Shown: piece by piece, positions 1 to 14,150 of the stretch
Layout of the letters: each line of letters starts with the position of its first letter
Position numbering within the stretch: the first letter of the stretch is position 1
From: the human T2T-CHM13v2.0 reference genome, Homo sapiens
Direction: 5' to 3' (one strand)
Assembly (NCBI RefSeq): GCF_009914755.1
Contig: NC_060939.1
Length of the DNA stretch: 64,000 bases
Position numbers and translations under genes: made by a program
Notes under the pieces: generated by a model
What the model saw: the letters and a program-made list of their open reading frames with translations, nothing else
The model's database searches: none
Told to the model about the DNA's origin: nothing

Positions 1-889
1 GCTGGAAGATGGCCAGATATTGAATAATAATAGATACCCCAAAGAAGATGAGCATAAATCTATATCATAGTTGCTATGTTGTAATTTAAAATTTATGATG
101 TTTTGAAGTACTATTTAGTAGTTTATTAGATATTCAAATTAATATTACCACTAAAATCACTGCACTGTATAGAAGTAAATCTGTTACTGTTGCCATAAAT
201 CTTTTAATTTAGTCTGCAAAATCTTACAATGTACAACTGGGAACATTTTTATTGAGTGAATAAATGTAAGTATATAATTAATGTTAATTCTTTAAAAATA
301 CATATGCCAATATTGAAATTGGTACAGAGTACTTTATTCCATTCTGATTAATTCTCAAAATATCTCCATGCTGTAAGCTTGCAATTACACAGTTACTTCA
401 TTTCACGGAAGAAAAAAAAGACCCTCAGGAAACTGGCCAGCTTAATAAGTTTGCTGGTATATAAATTCTAACTGTTTTAAAATTATACATGGGCCTGTTT
501 TACTTCCTATTTAGATGTTGTTCATTTTAGTGAAGAAAGATTGGTGTTCAAAATTAGCCAGTGTTTCAGATGATCCTATCAAAAACCTTTGCATACAATG
601 TTGATTGTTTTCTGAAAATATTTGAGTAGTCAGTTAACTTACAAAGATTAGATATTGCATAGTAGGTCTGATGAGTCCATTGTGTGATTAACATCATTGT
701 ATATTAAGGAGCAAGAAGTTCATATATAGAATCTTGCTTTAAACCTTCCAGCTTTCCTTTTATCAACACAAGCTGGTTACTAAAAGACTGTGTAGAGGAA
801 AAATGAGACATTCTTAAGTAAATTTTTTCCCTCAATGAAAACATGGGCCATTAGTATTAAGATAACAAAAATGACTACTACAACAAAAA

Positions 890-1117
890 TTAAATGTGTG
901 AGTGGTTTCTGTGTGCCTGGCACTGTGTTAAACACTTTATATACATTATTTAATTTAATCTTCACAGGGCTCTTATTAGGTGGGCAGACTTATGCTCATT
1001 TGCAGATGGGGGAGATTTGGCTCACAGAATTAAGTAACTTGCTCTAGGTTACATAGCTAGTAACTGTCAAAGTTGGGATGTGAATGCAAGTAGGTTTAAC
1101 TCCAAAGCACAGCTTTA
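890..1117 (-). mobile_element. MIR SINE
   Basis: Reverse-complement MIR core (gcctggcactgtg...aagtaacttgctctaggttacatagctagt). Confidence 0.8.
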
Positions 1118-2299
1118 GTATCATCACATGTATCACTATACTGTCACTGGTGTTATTAAAACATCGCATATTACTTTGTATCAAGCAGTGGGATAATTTG
1201 CATCTGAAGAAATACAAATAACTGAAGTTTTCTTCTCTGTAATATGACCTAATGAATACTTGGCATTATCTTCAGCTTATTAAATAAAAACTTACTCCAA
1301 GTTTCCTTGTACAAAATATATCCATCTGTCTTCCCCTGAGAAGGCGTAGCAACCTTCAGTTTATTTTGCTTACACATTGCTAAGATGCTACAAAATTTAA
1401 CTTGGTTGTATTTTAAACACATTCCTGACATTTATTAAAACTATTTATACTTCTGTTCTTTAGGGTCTGGAAAATTGTTATAGAATGCATAATAATAATT
1501 ATCCAGACACTACATATATTATATATTAAATTGTATATATACAGTTTAATTTCAGATAATCTCAGATAACTTAGTCATATTTAGGAATGCCTAAAGATAA
1601 TTTCCTTCCCTAAAGCCACTAAATCCAAATACAAAGCAACACAAAAACAAATAAAAGAAACAGCAGAGAGTTTGTTTTAACAAGCATGTCTGAAGGATGG
1701 TGAAAAAGAAACAGTTTACTGGCAAATAGGTTCTTTCTTTTGTCCATGTCCTTAGTTTATTTTTAATCCTTTTAGGACTGCGCTCCACAAAAAGTAAGAG
1801 GCAAAAGAAAGGGAATAAAAATGATGAATTAATCCAAAGATAGTATATCTGGAATTCTATTTTAAGGATTTTTTTGGGGTGTGATTCTGGGTAAATCATA
1901 TCTCTGTTTCTCAATATTTTTCTGAAAACCAGACATGCATTATTTGTGACCTGATTAACTTTAGGTTCTTTCAGTGTCTTAAGAATATCTTAGAAGGTTT
2001 GTATTCTGAAAGTTGCAGTGGCTCTTTCCAGCAATTAGAATACTATTTATTGCAATATTTACTGAGCATATATTACGTATTATGTACTGTGTATGCACAG
2101 ATACACAATGCAAGCACCCACCATTGAAAAAATTCAGCCTATGTGTGGATACCAACACCAAAGAGTCAATTTCAGTAGAATATAGTAAGTACTGTGAAAA
2201 AGGTATGTTCAGGGAGTTAGAGGACTCTAGTGGAGGCCAGCTAACAGAACCTGGGAGAGAAAGGGCAATACTCTCAAAAAACATATTTTAACCACATCT

Positions 2300-2575
2300 C
2301 AAAGAGCCAGTGGGAGTGAATCAGGCTAGAGAAGAGGGTAGGAAATGGGGAAGGGAGTCAGAAGAAAGGGTATCTCTTCCTGGAAAATAGTACATGAAGA
2401 AAAAGCTGAGTTGTGTGTCAGTAGGTTTGTATGGGAATTAGTGTTTCAGGAGTACCAAGTTCAAGATAGGAAGTAGGAAGAGATAAGACTGCAGGGAAGT
2501 CTCATATCTTGGAAAGTTGTTTTAGGGAATATGAAGCTTTACCCATAGGCTATAAGGAGCCATTGAAGAATAGTA
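2300..2575 (-). mobile_element. L2 fragment
   Basis: Purine-rich stretch ending ...ataaggagccattgaaga, typical of antisense L2. Confidence 0.5.
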
Positions 2576-3183
2576 GAAGCACTAACTAATCAAAAACAGT
2601 CATTTACATTATTCACAAAAATGACCTGGATAGTTAATATCAATTAATAACTCAAATATTACTTTGTTAAAAATTTAACCTTTCTTACCAAATCCTCTTA
2701 CCAGAACTACCCACAAAGCAATGAAATTAACTCGTGACAATGAATATCCATTGCTTTGTTCCACCCAGTCTTTGATACAGGGATTTATAAATGGACCAGA
2801 TTGTCAATTGCAGAAGAGAAAAGGGAGAAAAGTAGGCTAGAAAATTCACCAAAGAGTTATCAGTCTTAGCTTATCACACCAATAGCATTATTTTGTATAA
2901 ATATTAATACACATTATATATAGCATAGGAGTAGATTGAGTTGATAAGAAAGTGAGAGGGAGCACGAGGACAAGGAAATAATACTGTATCATATATTATG
3001 GAACCTGGGTGTTAATCCTTTTTCTTCCAATAATTAACTGAATGACCTTGGGCAAATAGTTGACTATCCTAGGCCTCAGTTTTTGTTTTTGTATTTGTTT
3101 TATAAATATAAATTGAAGAGAGGTAGGCCAGATTTCTTGAATAGATTACAGTTGTTAAATGTTACCAATAGTGCTAAGCAACT

Positions 3184-3268
3184 GAGAGAGAGAGAGAGTG
3201 GGTGGTAAGGTGAGAGAAGGAAAGATAAGAGAGAGGGAGAAAAAAGAGAGAGAAAAAGAGAGAGAGAG
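3184..3268 (+). repeat. (GA)n / GA-rich simple repeat
   Basis: gagagaga runs. Confidence 0.85.
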
Positions 3269-3270
3269 AA

Positions 3271-3865
3271 AATTAGTTATCTATTGTTGCATAACAAGTT
3301 ACCTAAAATTTACCAGCTTAAAACAGTATTTATTATCTTGCAGTTTCAGAGGGTCAGGAATTTGGGAGTAGCTTAGCTGAGTGGGTTGGTCTTAGGGACT
3401 CTTACGAGGTTGCAATCAAACTGTCAGCTAGGGCTGAAGTCTTCTTATGTCTTGACTGGGGCTGAAGGATCTATATAAAGCATTCTCACATTGTTGTTGG
3501 CAGGCCTCTGTTTCTATCAGGCTGTTGGCCGGCAACTTCCTCTTTGCTATGTGGGCCTCTCGACAGGCTTCCTGAGTGTCCTTATAACATGGCAACTGGC
3601 CTCCTTCAGACTGAGCAATGAGAGGGGTAGGAGAGAGAGAGAGAGAGGGAGGGAGAAAGAGAGAGAGAAAGGGAGGCAGAGAGAGAGAGAATCTTTAAGA
3701 TGGAAATTGCAGTGTGACGTACCATCATTTCTGCCTTATTTTATTGGTCACACAGACTAACCCTAGTAAAATAGTAAAACGTGGGGGGAGGGAACTACCC
3801 AAGGGTGTGAATAGTGAATACTAAGTGTTAGGGATCATTGGGGCCAAACCACGGACTAACTACCA
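3271..3865 (-). mobile_element. MaLR LTR, MLT1F-like, with an internal (GA)n at ~3620-3690
   Basis: Starts attagttatctattgttgcataacaa (reverse of the MLT1 3' end) and ends gggatcattggggcc...ctacca. Confidence 0.85.
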
Positions 3866-4974
3866 TGCATGGTTTTTGCATCTGAAGAATTTTTAGTCAA
3901 GTTGAAATTCTAAGTACACATAAAATTAAGTTAAAGCAACAATAGAAGAGAAACAGAGCAATAAGTTTGTGGAATAAGCTTGTTTCTGAACAAGCCTGAG
4001 AAGTAGATAGCTTTCCTTATTGGAACTGCTAATCTGGGTTAGGGTCTCCTCAGGAGGAACGTGGCTCTCTTCTCTTACTGCAGACAGAGGGAGGAAACCT
4101 TATACCATGTGTTAATACCCCACTTCGTAGCATTGAGAAAGAAACTGGATGATTTGCTTGCTTAAAATCACACTAATGGTTGTATGAAACAAAGACAACT
4201 CCACTCTGGAATTACAGGTCTGGAAGGAAGCCATGAGATCATAGAGTCCAGAGATTTTGACATGAAGTTTGCAGATAGCCCTCAGGGAAACTGGAAAGGA
4301 AAAAATATGCACAAATATTGGGGACAGGATTCAAAGCGTTTATCACATTATCAAAAGTATCTGTGTTTCCAATAAAAGTTTAAGAAGCACTGATCTAGTC
4401 TATTATGCTTATTTTATTTGATGAGGGAACTGAGTCACGAAAAGATAACTTTTCAAAATGACATCACGAATTAGTGGCAGTGGTGGTTTGGACTGGAATT
4501 GAAGTCTTCTGGTTTTTAGTTCAGCATACTTTTAGTTAAACCCACTGTGTAAACAATATGCATTATTACTGTGGTTTGTAACACCAAAAGCTTAGCTGAT
4601 TTCCTTCTGTTTATACACTCTTACAATTTGGATCATTTCCCCTTTTGTTCTCCCACCAAATGTCAAAAAGTTGATATATTTCTTATAAGTAAAAGAGTCA
4701 TCATAGAGGGGTAGAATATTGCTCCAAAGTATTTATAGTGAAAAGCCAATGTTTATATATATAGGAAAAAGAGATCAGCAAATTGATTATAGTTGGCCAT
4801 CTATAATATAAAACCAAATACTTAATTGAAACTGAAATTGAAACTACTTAATGTCCTATTTACATAAAATTATCTAAAATGAACATATTGTTGTACAGTC
4901 ATACAGCTAAAATAAAATTAACCAAATTAATGCATTAATATTTATTAAACAGATGGGAGAATAAAAACTTCTCT

Positions 4975-5165
4975 TTATTGGGTATTAACTATTTGTCAGG
5001 CACAGTGCTTGGTGCTTTACATGATTTCTCTCATCTAATTCCATTTTATAAATGAGGAAAATGAGGCTCAGTTTGACAGTCAGAGACTGGTTTGGTTCTA
5101 GTAAACAACAGAGTCAGGACCTGAACTCAGGGCTCTACAGAAATGAAAAGCCAATGCTCTTTCCA
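4975..5165 (-). mobile_element. MIR SINE
   Basis: caggcacagtgc...ccattttataaatgaggaaaatgaggctcag. Confidence 0.75.
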
Positions 5166-7452
5166 CCCATTGAGTTGTTTTGTTATATAACATTCTGAAG
5201 TTGATTACTGAGGTATTATTAAACATTCTAATATTTTAACATTTTAAGTTTTCTATCAAGATGATACTGGTTATAAGTTGGTTTAGATGGAAAAAACTGT
5301 AACAAGAAAACTCAACCTGCTTACTGCTTAGAGATTCATTCTTTTTGGCTTAATGTTTTATCTTTCAAAGTGTAAATTACCACCAAAACATAACACTTAA
5401 ATACTTATGAATAGCTTACAACTTTAAAATGAATGAGTAAATAAGATAATTTCCTGAATGTGGGATTTGATTGGGTAGAACACAGAGAACATGAGATTAC
5501 CTTAAAAGGAGAAGAGAATACAGAAGTGGAAGAGACTGCAGAAGGAGGTCAGAGGCCTCACCAAACAATACTGCCAATGTTGCCTGGGTGCCCACAACTT
5601 AGATTTTCAAATTAAACACTCAATTCATACTTATTTAGCATCAATTTAAGTCTGCAGTGTTATAGGCTCATTAGGGGATACAATGATTAGAAAGCATAAC
5701 ATATGTCTTGGATTCAGCCCCTAAGAATCCAATTTTAGAAATAAAACTAATATCAACACAAGATGAAGTAAAATAAAAATAAAATTAGAGAGACATTAAA
5801 TGCTAAATCATATGGTATTGGCCACAGTTCCAACAGGAGCTCCAGAGGACTGAAGTAGACCAGGAAAGTAGACCAGGAAGCATTACAGACAAAGTGGGAC
5901 ACAAAGATTAGTTAGGATTTCCATATATAGAGAGAAAAGGAGAGTGCATTTCATGACATGGTATAATTTTCTTCTGATTCACCACAGCAGTACTTCTCAG
6001 GGGCTCCACATCATTTCATATGTTCAGCCTCTCAAATAACAATGATAATGATTATAATACTATTTTATTTTATTCATAATTCTTATTCTTTATTACACAT
6101 TTTCATAATTATTATTCTTAATAGCAGTATTGTGTAAAGTTTTTAAAGAAAATGTATTATCTCATTGAATTCCTATCAGTCACATGACTAATTGCATACA
6201 GTGTTTCTCAGTGGTCAGTAGGAGGAGGGAGCAACCTTCTCATTGTACTTATGCATTTATTTTTATCATTTTGTGTAGTGCTCAAGTATTATAATTATTT
6301 GTATATGTCTGTCTGGCTAGAGCTCCTTGAGGGCGGGGAACTTTTCTTTTTCATCTTTTTATCAAAAGATCCATTATAGTGTCCAGCACATTAGGAAATA
6401 ATGTGTTCAAGTAATTGAATTAAGTAAGAAGCAATAAAAACTTCAGTGAATAAAGGTATTGTAAGGCTTCTCTCAGCTCATCATTAAGAAACTCTATCAT
6501 TTGGCTCTTTTTTTTCTTTTACCTTATTTTCTACTGTTTGCTAATGGAAAGATTCTATTCTAGCCAGCCAATCTATTCACTATTTTTCCTAGACTATAAA
6601 CATCCATACTTTTTCACTCTGCATGACAATATTGACTAGAATTTTTCTTCTCAGTATCTACCCATTCTTCAGGGCCCAGATTAAGTCTCAACTCTCCACG
6701 AAGCTCCCCTTGGCCATTTCAGTCCACCCCTGCACACTGCTGAGTACCTTGTGAGAGTAAAATGTGAGAACTGTAAAACAGTATACAAACATAAGGCATT
6801 ACTGTTATGATTTTCTCCTTAGATTACTGTATTCTCCTAGACTTTAGAACCAGGAGTTGGAAGTATTATAGGTCTTTCCATCTATTATATTACCTCTTTT
6901 CCAATTCCCTTGTCACTCTCTCCCCTTTCCTTATCCCTCACTCCCATCTCAGCATTAGAATAGTGCTTTGCATAGAGTAGTTACTCACTAATTACATGAA
7001 TGCAGTGTCTTTTATTGTTGCCTGCCATTATAAAGCTGCAGGTAAAGGAAATCTACTAGCATGGTTATTTAAACATTTGACAGAAAAAGCTCAGTTCTAA
7101 TTTGTTACTATTTACACTAGACACTTCAAATACCCAACCACTGGCTTTTCTTCTTTTTAATTCCGTTTGTGCTTCCACACGACACCTATATACCTACTAA
7201 GTCACTACAATTCACCAAATATGTGCTGCTCACACCACTAATGATTAGGTTGATTAGGAAAAAGAGACTGGAAGTGGGAGAGTCAAAGGCTGTTGGAAAT
7301 CATGTGAAGGCAGAAATAGTTTCTATCTCGAACTCTGCTGTATTGCATCTCACAAAACTAGCACAATTCCTGGCACATATTAAGTGTTTGAAAATATGTA
7401 GCCAATGAATGTTTGAATATATGGGATTAGTTATAAGTAGGGTGACCATATT

Positions 7453-8300
7453 CGGTGGTCTGCTGAAGCTCCTTGTACTGGTCCATGAGAGCCAATTGTT
7501 AAATTTTCAAAAATTTTGTTAACTTATTAAATACAGCCATTATTAAACATTTAATTACATAAACTTAGAATGAAATAAATTACATTAAAAGAAAAGTAAT
7601 AAATACTCAAAACTCTTTACTACTGAATTTCTTTACTATTATATATGTTTTTGAGGTTATTTCTAATGTATTTATATGATGGAAATACTAGATAATGGTA
7701 TGCGTCTGTATATTTCTTCCCAACTCTGTTCAGTGATGTTTTGTTGGTGGCTTGGACCCAACTATGATAAGAGCACCTACACCACATAAATTGGCCAATG
7801 CTACAAATCAGGGCTTGATTCACTATTTTGTTGATGGTCTACATTTAAGCGAATGATACAAAAATGTTAATAATGTAGATTAAACTTAAGGTTTAGTGTC
7901 TATAACTGTTTCATTGTGAATAGAACAAAAATGAGAAAATAGTTTTCTAGTATCTCTAAAAACTATGATCTAATTCAGCAAAGAAGTCACTCATATCATT
8001 GAGAAGTGAGTGAAGTTCCAATATACATCTTCATTCATTTACCTTCTTCTTACTTATTAACATAAATGAAAACATCAACAAATATTATTGTCAGAACTAT
8101 AGTTGTTCCTCTATTACAACCATGGTTTGGCTTCAGAGAAAAACAGAAATAGTGAAAGCATTTTGTGAGTATTATATTTTATTATTTATATGCTTGTGTG
8201 CTATGCTTCCTTTATATCAGTAGAATTTGTAATGAACTATGTGTGCATATATATGTACACTTTTTTTCCCTGAGAGTCAGTTGTTAAACATTTACATCAT
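7453..8300. mobile_element. MER63 (C/D-like) hAT-Blackjack DNA transposon
   Basis: gagagccaattgttaaattttca...gctacaaatcagggcttgatt...gagagtcagttgttaaacattta match the recalled MER63 consensus. Confidence 0.8.
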
Positions 8301-9313
8301 GCTTCTACATATAATCTATCATCCAAACTGGAACACTTTTGAGAGTAAAAGATTGTGCTGTAAATAAACACATCAGAATAGCAGGTGTAAACTAACATTG
8401 TGCTGGGCAAACAAGGATGCAAGGTCACCTTTCTTATAAGGATCTTACGGCAGTGTTGGAAGCAATGCTGGGGTAGGCAGTGGCATTGCTGGGATAGCAG
8501 AAAACTCATCAATGAGAACCATATGTACTATTTAATTTTTCATTATAGTATCCATTCTCCCTCATAAGGATTTATGATTGCTCTCAAGACAATGAAAAAA
8601 CGGAGAATGGAAGGCCACAATCCAGCTATTTAGCCCAGTGTTTCTTCTTTTTAACATTTTAACATTTCAGTAAAACATGCTACTATGAAAAGATTTGAAA
8701 ATGCACGGAACCAAAGTTGGTTTAAACAGTAACAGATTATGTTTTATAGTATGAAAAAGTAAAAAAGAATATAGATGATCACATATTTGCCTTTAAAAAC
8801 TTTTTTAGGATAAAAAGTAAGTAGACAAAGAAATAACATTGAAATTATCTGCTTCAAAACATCAATAGATTGTAGTACGTGGGTCTAATTACATTCAGTT
8901 AAAACGCTATGTGTGTGAGAGAACATAAGGTTTATCTCAAGCTGAAATAACTTGGTATCTAATGAAGCCTAATGAAGCAGATCTAAGTTGAATCAGGAAC
9001 CTTCTTAGCCTAATATTCTGCTGCTGACTGCAGACCAAGGACCCTTTGTGCATATGTTCCGGGGTCTGTCTCAAAGGCTAGAAATAAATTGCAAATATCT
9101 CCAGCTTTTTAAATACTCTGCATGAATCTATCATTCAAGAATCAATTTAAGCCATCTTGAATCAATGTTTTTGTGATATACTTTGAGCTAAAAAAATAAA
9201 TTTACAACCTAATGCATAAAGTTTAGCCTCTCTTTTTTTGTTTTTATCACATCTCAGAATACTGGTAATTAGAAGCTTTGTGTGTAAACTTAAATAAAAT
9301 ACTTTAGAACAAA

Positions 9314-9377
9314 TATTCATGTATTCATATTCATTCTGATTCATATTCATATATTCATATATGAATTCATATTCATT
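9314..9377 (+). repeat. (ATTCAT)n simple repeat
   Basis: Degenerate attcat units. Confidence 0.75.
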
Positions 9378-9469
9378 TGGTTAAAGTCCTAATTATTATA
9401 TAGATTTCAGACATATCCTCAATAATCCTTTTCTTTCCAGACTAAAATTTCATAATTTAAAATGGTTGG

Positions 9470-9744
9470 TGTTTTTTCAACTTTTATTTTAGATTCAGGG
9501 AGTACATGTGTAGGTTTGTTACTTGGGTATATTGTGTGATGCTAAAGTTTGGGGTATGTATGATCCCATTACCCAGGTACTGAGCATAGTACCCAATAGT
9601 TAAGTTTTCAACCCTTGCCTACATCTCTACCTCCTGCTAGTAGTTCCCAGTTTGTATTGTTGCCATTTTTAAGTCCATGAGTATTCAATGTTTAGCTCTT
9701 ACTTATAAGTGAAAACATGCAGTATTTGGTTTTCTGTTCCTGTG
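9470..9744 (-). mobile_element. L1PA15/16-like 3' end
   Basis: ttcaacttttattttagattcaggg...cccaggtactgagcatagtacccaatag...aacatgcagtatttggttttctgttcc. Confidence 0.9.
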
Positions 9745-9924
9745 GCAAACTTATTTTTATCATGCTAAATTTTCCTCTCTAGACATTTTTCCCACTTGAA
9801 ATGTAAGTTTTCTATTGTTTTTTCTTTAGAACATTTTTATCTAAAACAAACGGACCTTTTGCTTAAGCTGTTTTATATTTTGTTAATTTTCTCCTAGTTT
9901 GGTTCAGATAAATGTCTAGATCAC

Positions 9925-10035
9925 GGACATACTAATTACCCTGCTCTGATCACTATACACTGTATATATGAAAACATCACTGTGTACACCATAAATATGT
10001 ACAATTATTATGTCAATTGAAAGAAAAAAATAAAA
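9925..10035 (+). mobile_element. L1MA-type 3' end fragment with A-rich tail
   Basis: taattaccctg...ccataaatatgtacaattattatgtcaatt followed by an A-tail. Confidence 0.75.
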
Positions 10036-10649
10036 TATAGAAAAGTATATGATCCATCAAGTTCAGATGATAATAGCTGTCCAGTTTTTAAAAACTGCAG
10101 GTATCTGTTTAAAGTCCTGCTCATGTTAGCCAAGAAATAATAGTAAAAGAGTGTATTTGAAACTCTCTTATCACCAGATTCCAATTATCAGATAATTTCA
10201 AACTAAAATTTAGTATGATCATTTGAAATTAGATAGAAAGTTTACTAGACAAACATATCTATACTATCATTAATAACTTCTTGTTAAAAATGCCCAAGTA
10301 TCAGACTTCCCCATCTACATTATAATTTTATATAAATTCATGAATTTTTTCCTTACTGGAATAGACATATTTACAATGTTAGTTTTCTCGTACATTAAAA
10401 CTATGGTGTATTTCTAAATAACAATGTTTTATTAAATAATTCACTACCTTTTAAGTAAAGATGAAGTAATTAGTGTATTATAATTGGGAGTAGGCTGACA
10501 ACAATTTTCATTGAGGAAGGCTTCACTCACTGATAAATATGGGAACACTTTTTTCTTTTTAAGTTAAGAGCCACTCATCTTAGAAAATCTTAACTGAATG
10601 TTACATGGAATCAAAGGGCAATTAGATCTAGTTCATTAAGATTTAAATT

Positions 10650-11090
10650 AGTGCAGTTCAATTCAGTACTCATAGAGCACCTTCGATGTACAGGTGAGAT
10701 TGTGTAATAATGGATACAAAGATAAACAATGTGACTTTTACCCTTAATGTACTGCCATAGGAAATAATTTGGTAAGTTACGATAGTTGCTAGTAAGTTTC
10801 ATATGAACAAAGGAGTGATAAGGAGACTGAAAGAGAATATTTCTGGGTGCACCTAAGGAGGTAAAGAACTGGGAAAGGAAAATTTCCTGGTAAAGGTGCA
10901 TTTGCTTGAAGGAAGGATTGGTTGGAGGATTTCATAGAGGGTAAAGAGCTTTTTTAAAGAAGAGAACAAAATGTGAAAAAAAGGTGCAGATGCATTAGGA
11001 CAACAGTGAGGAATGGGGATCTCTGTCCTGTCTAGCTGGAGAATATGATGCAAAGAAAGTGGTAACACAGACCTAGTGAACAGATAAAAT
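10650..11090 (-). mobile_element. L2 fragment
   Basis: Antisense L2 3' region (gagcacc...ggatacaaagataaacaa). Confidence 0.55.
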
Positions 11091-12579
11091 GCTTCAAAAC
11101 ATATTTTAACTTCATATTATAAAAAGAGAAGATAGCACAAAACAAGGATAAATGGGAGAGACAGAATTAAAGGAAGGATGTTAGGAAGTAAATGGAGAAA
11201 GATACAAGCAGGGGGAGAAGTGAGGAAGGAGTGCTCACTAAAGAGAAGGAAAAGCAATACACAGATATATCAAGAAATCAGGAGAGATAAAAGGCAGAGA
11301 AATACTCCAGAAGTTCTGAAGTTTCTAGAGATTTTGACAGGTATAACCAGAACACTCACTGGAATTTGGGGGTGCGGGAACTCATCCTGAATAAATGGAC
11401 TGTGATTCTACTAACATTACCCTAAACACTGAATAAAATCATGTTAAAGGTCAAATATGCAAGCCTGTGGTTTCCTACACTGATATAAGGCTTTCAAAAA
11501 GTATTCCTTGTAATAATAATTTAGGTGGACAAAGTGTTATTATATAATCCACCAGGCCCATTGTAAATAATCTTGCACTATATTGTTATTTCTTTTGATA
11601 CTTGTAAGAGCTTGAGAATATTAACTAAGAAACTCTGTAACATGGCTGGCAAAATACTCTCTTATCACTTTGAACTTTACTTAGAGGTAAATACATTTTG
11701 AGCTTCTGTGAGGTTAAGAAGAAGTAAGCAAAGATCACAGAGCTAGTTAGTGATAGAGTCAGATTTGGAACATATGTTTCTAGATACCCAGATGTGCATT
11801 ACAAGAGTCAAATATGGCAGCTAGTATAGAAATCATGCTAGAATAAGAGATTCTCAATCTTAATGTGATTTAATTACTAAGTCTTGGTAGCATATGCGTT
11901 GATGTATTGTTTGTCAGGTTTAAAATACATGTTCACCATCAGTGGTGTATTTGCTTGGGGTGAATTTTCTGGTAAATTTATGCAAATTGATAGATTTCAA
12001 AGCTATCTCCTTCATTACTGAAGAAGATGATTTGGGTAAAACATGCAATCAATTCATGGATAATTGTTAATACTTGAGAAAATTTTTATGTGGAATGACT
12101 TTGTCCTCATTACTGCTTGCTCCAAACTAATTCAACTAACTGGTCACCAACATGATGGAGAAAACATGAAAACATAAAATCCAAGATTCACAGAACGAGA
12201 ATGAATTGAATAAACAATAGGTTTGACTTTTGTTTTTCATGCCAATTAATATAAGGTAGAGGTAGAATCCTCAGGCTCGTGTCCTTTAAAGATCTAGCTT
12301 TTACTTCTGCAACCAGAGAAGAACTTCATCATTCAAAAGCTGCTCCAGATATCTTTTGATTTGAGAGTTTGAAATTATTTTAATGTCCGAGAGCATATAC
12401 AGATTTATAATCAGTAAATAACAAACTTATCAGAACTTCAAAAGACAGAAATATGAAGCCACATATTATGCTCCTATTTACATAACATATTTGAGGGCCA
12501 GATGAATGAGGGTTATCTCAGGATATCTATCATAAATTACTAGAACTTTCTTTTCAACCTTCTCCCTAACATTTCACTA

Positions 12580-12745
12580 TTGTTGTCCCCCCAACTCTTC
12601 TGTTTTTTCTACATCTCCTTCCAAATTTGTCTTCTTTCCTGTTACCTTTTCTCCCTCTTTTCTTTTCCTTATTCTTTTTTCTCTTCCCTTCTCTCCTTTC
12701 TTTCCATTTAACTCTTTTAATTCCTTTTCTCCATTTCTTTGCTTT
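12580..12745 (+). repeat. CT-rich low-complexity tract
   Basis: Mostly pyrimidines. Confidence 0.7.
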
Positions 12746-13169
12746 AACTAACCACAATATAGAACTGATGTGTATATTAATTGTTCATTAAAGTGACTGG
12801 GTAAATTCCTTGTGCTTAAATTTAAAAAGCAATTTTAAAAGAGTATATTTATTGTTTTAAAAAACTCCTAACATAAGTTAATCAAAATTCACAGAAAAAT
12901 GATTAAAAATAAATATACTAGATTACAATAGTTATATTTCTGGTTATTCTCTTCACTTTTTTTCAGTGATTTCCAAATATTCTTTGATGAGCATATACTA
13001 TTTTTTGATGAACATCCACATATGTACATATATATATATATAATAAACTATGTTGCTTTTAATACATGTGGCTGTCAATTTCCTCTCAGTCACACTCTGA
13101 TAAGATAAGGAAGGCTCCCCCAAATACCCAGTAGTCTAAGCAACCCAAGACAGATAACTGGCAAAACTT

Positions 13170-14150
13170 TTCTTGAAGCTCTCCAAGAATGAACCCTCTA
13201 CAATTTTCTTTAGCAGTCGATTCCAACATTATATTACCCTAACAACTGGATACTTTCTCATATCTAGGGAAATTACTCCTGCTTCAGTTTAAGCCCCTTT
13301 CCTCATGCTCTTTTTTTTGCATATGAATAATATGGATATGCCACTAAAAAAAACACTTTCATAGGAGAAATAACATTCTTTTCTGTCTGCACTCATCCCC
13401 TTGATAAGTAATTTTTGGCTATTTCAAATGCTGGTCTGGCTTACAGATAGGAATTCAAACAGAGACTTGAATGATACCTTCAGTCTGTAGAGAACTGCTC
13501 ACTCTAGCACTATCTCAGACTGCATTACTAAGTCTAAGTTTTTCTTGTTACCTAATTTCCACCTGCATAGGCTCATATTGGGCTCCTAGTATTTATTGCT
13601 AGTTATTTTTATATGGAATAAAGCAATCATGAAATCAATCTAAAATAAGACCACAAATCAGTAAATGTTTTTTACTTCTATACCTACAAATTGTCCTCTA
13701 TAGGACAGTGATTTTAGTATATAAAGACAGTTATATTTCTATTTAATCTTATCTTCTCTAGGCTAAGCAATGTAAATTCACTCAACCATTACACTTAAAC
13801 ATGATTTCTCAGATTTTCACCACCCACCAGTCCTCTAAGAATACCACCTAAAATAGGATACCCAGAATGCAATGCTCCAAATTGCACAGGGTGGGGCCAG
13901 AATCAGCAAGATTACTGCCTCCTTGGCAACCTTATACTTCTATTAAGGCAGCCAAGGTTGCCTTCCCATTAATATAGTTTAAGGCAAATATGCCATACTG
14001 TCGGCTCATCTTAAGCTTGTCCAGGTCCCTTTCAGATGAATTGCTGCCAAGTTAGGTCTCTTTCGCTTCTATACTTGTGCAATTGCTTTTTGTATTTACA
14101 GTGCCTTGCTTTTCTCTTTCTTAAATTTTGTTAGCTTCATCCCAATATCA
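13170..14150 (-). mobile_element. L3/CR1 LINE fragments (~13170-13320 and ~13740-14150)
   Basis: cctgcttcagtttaagcccctttcctc; cttctctaggctaagca; tatacttctattaaggcagcc; tatacttgtgcaattgc. Confidence 0.6.
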
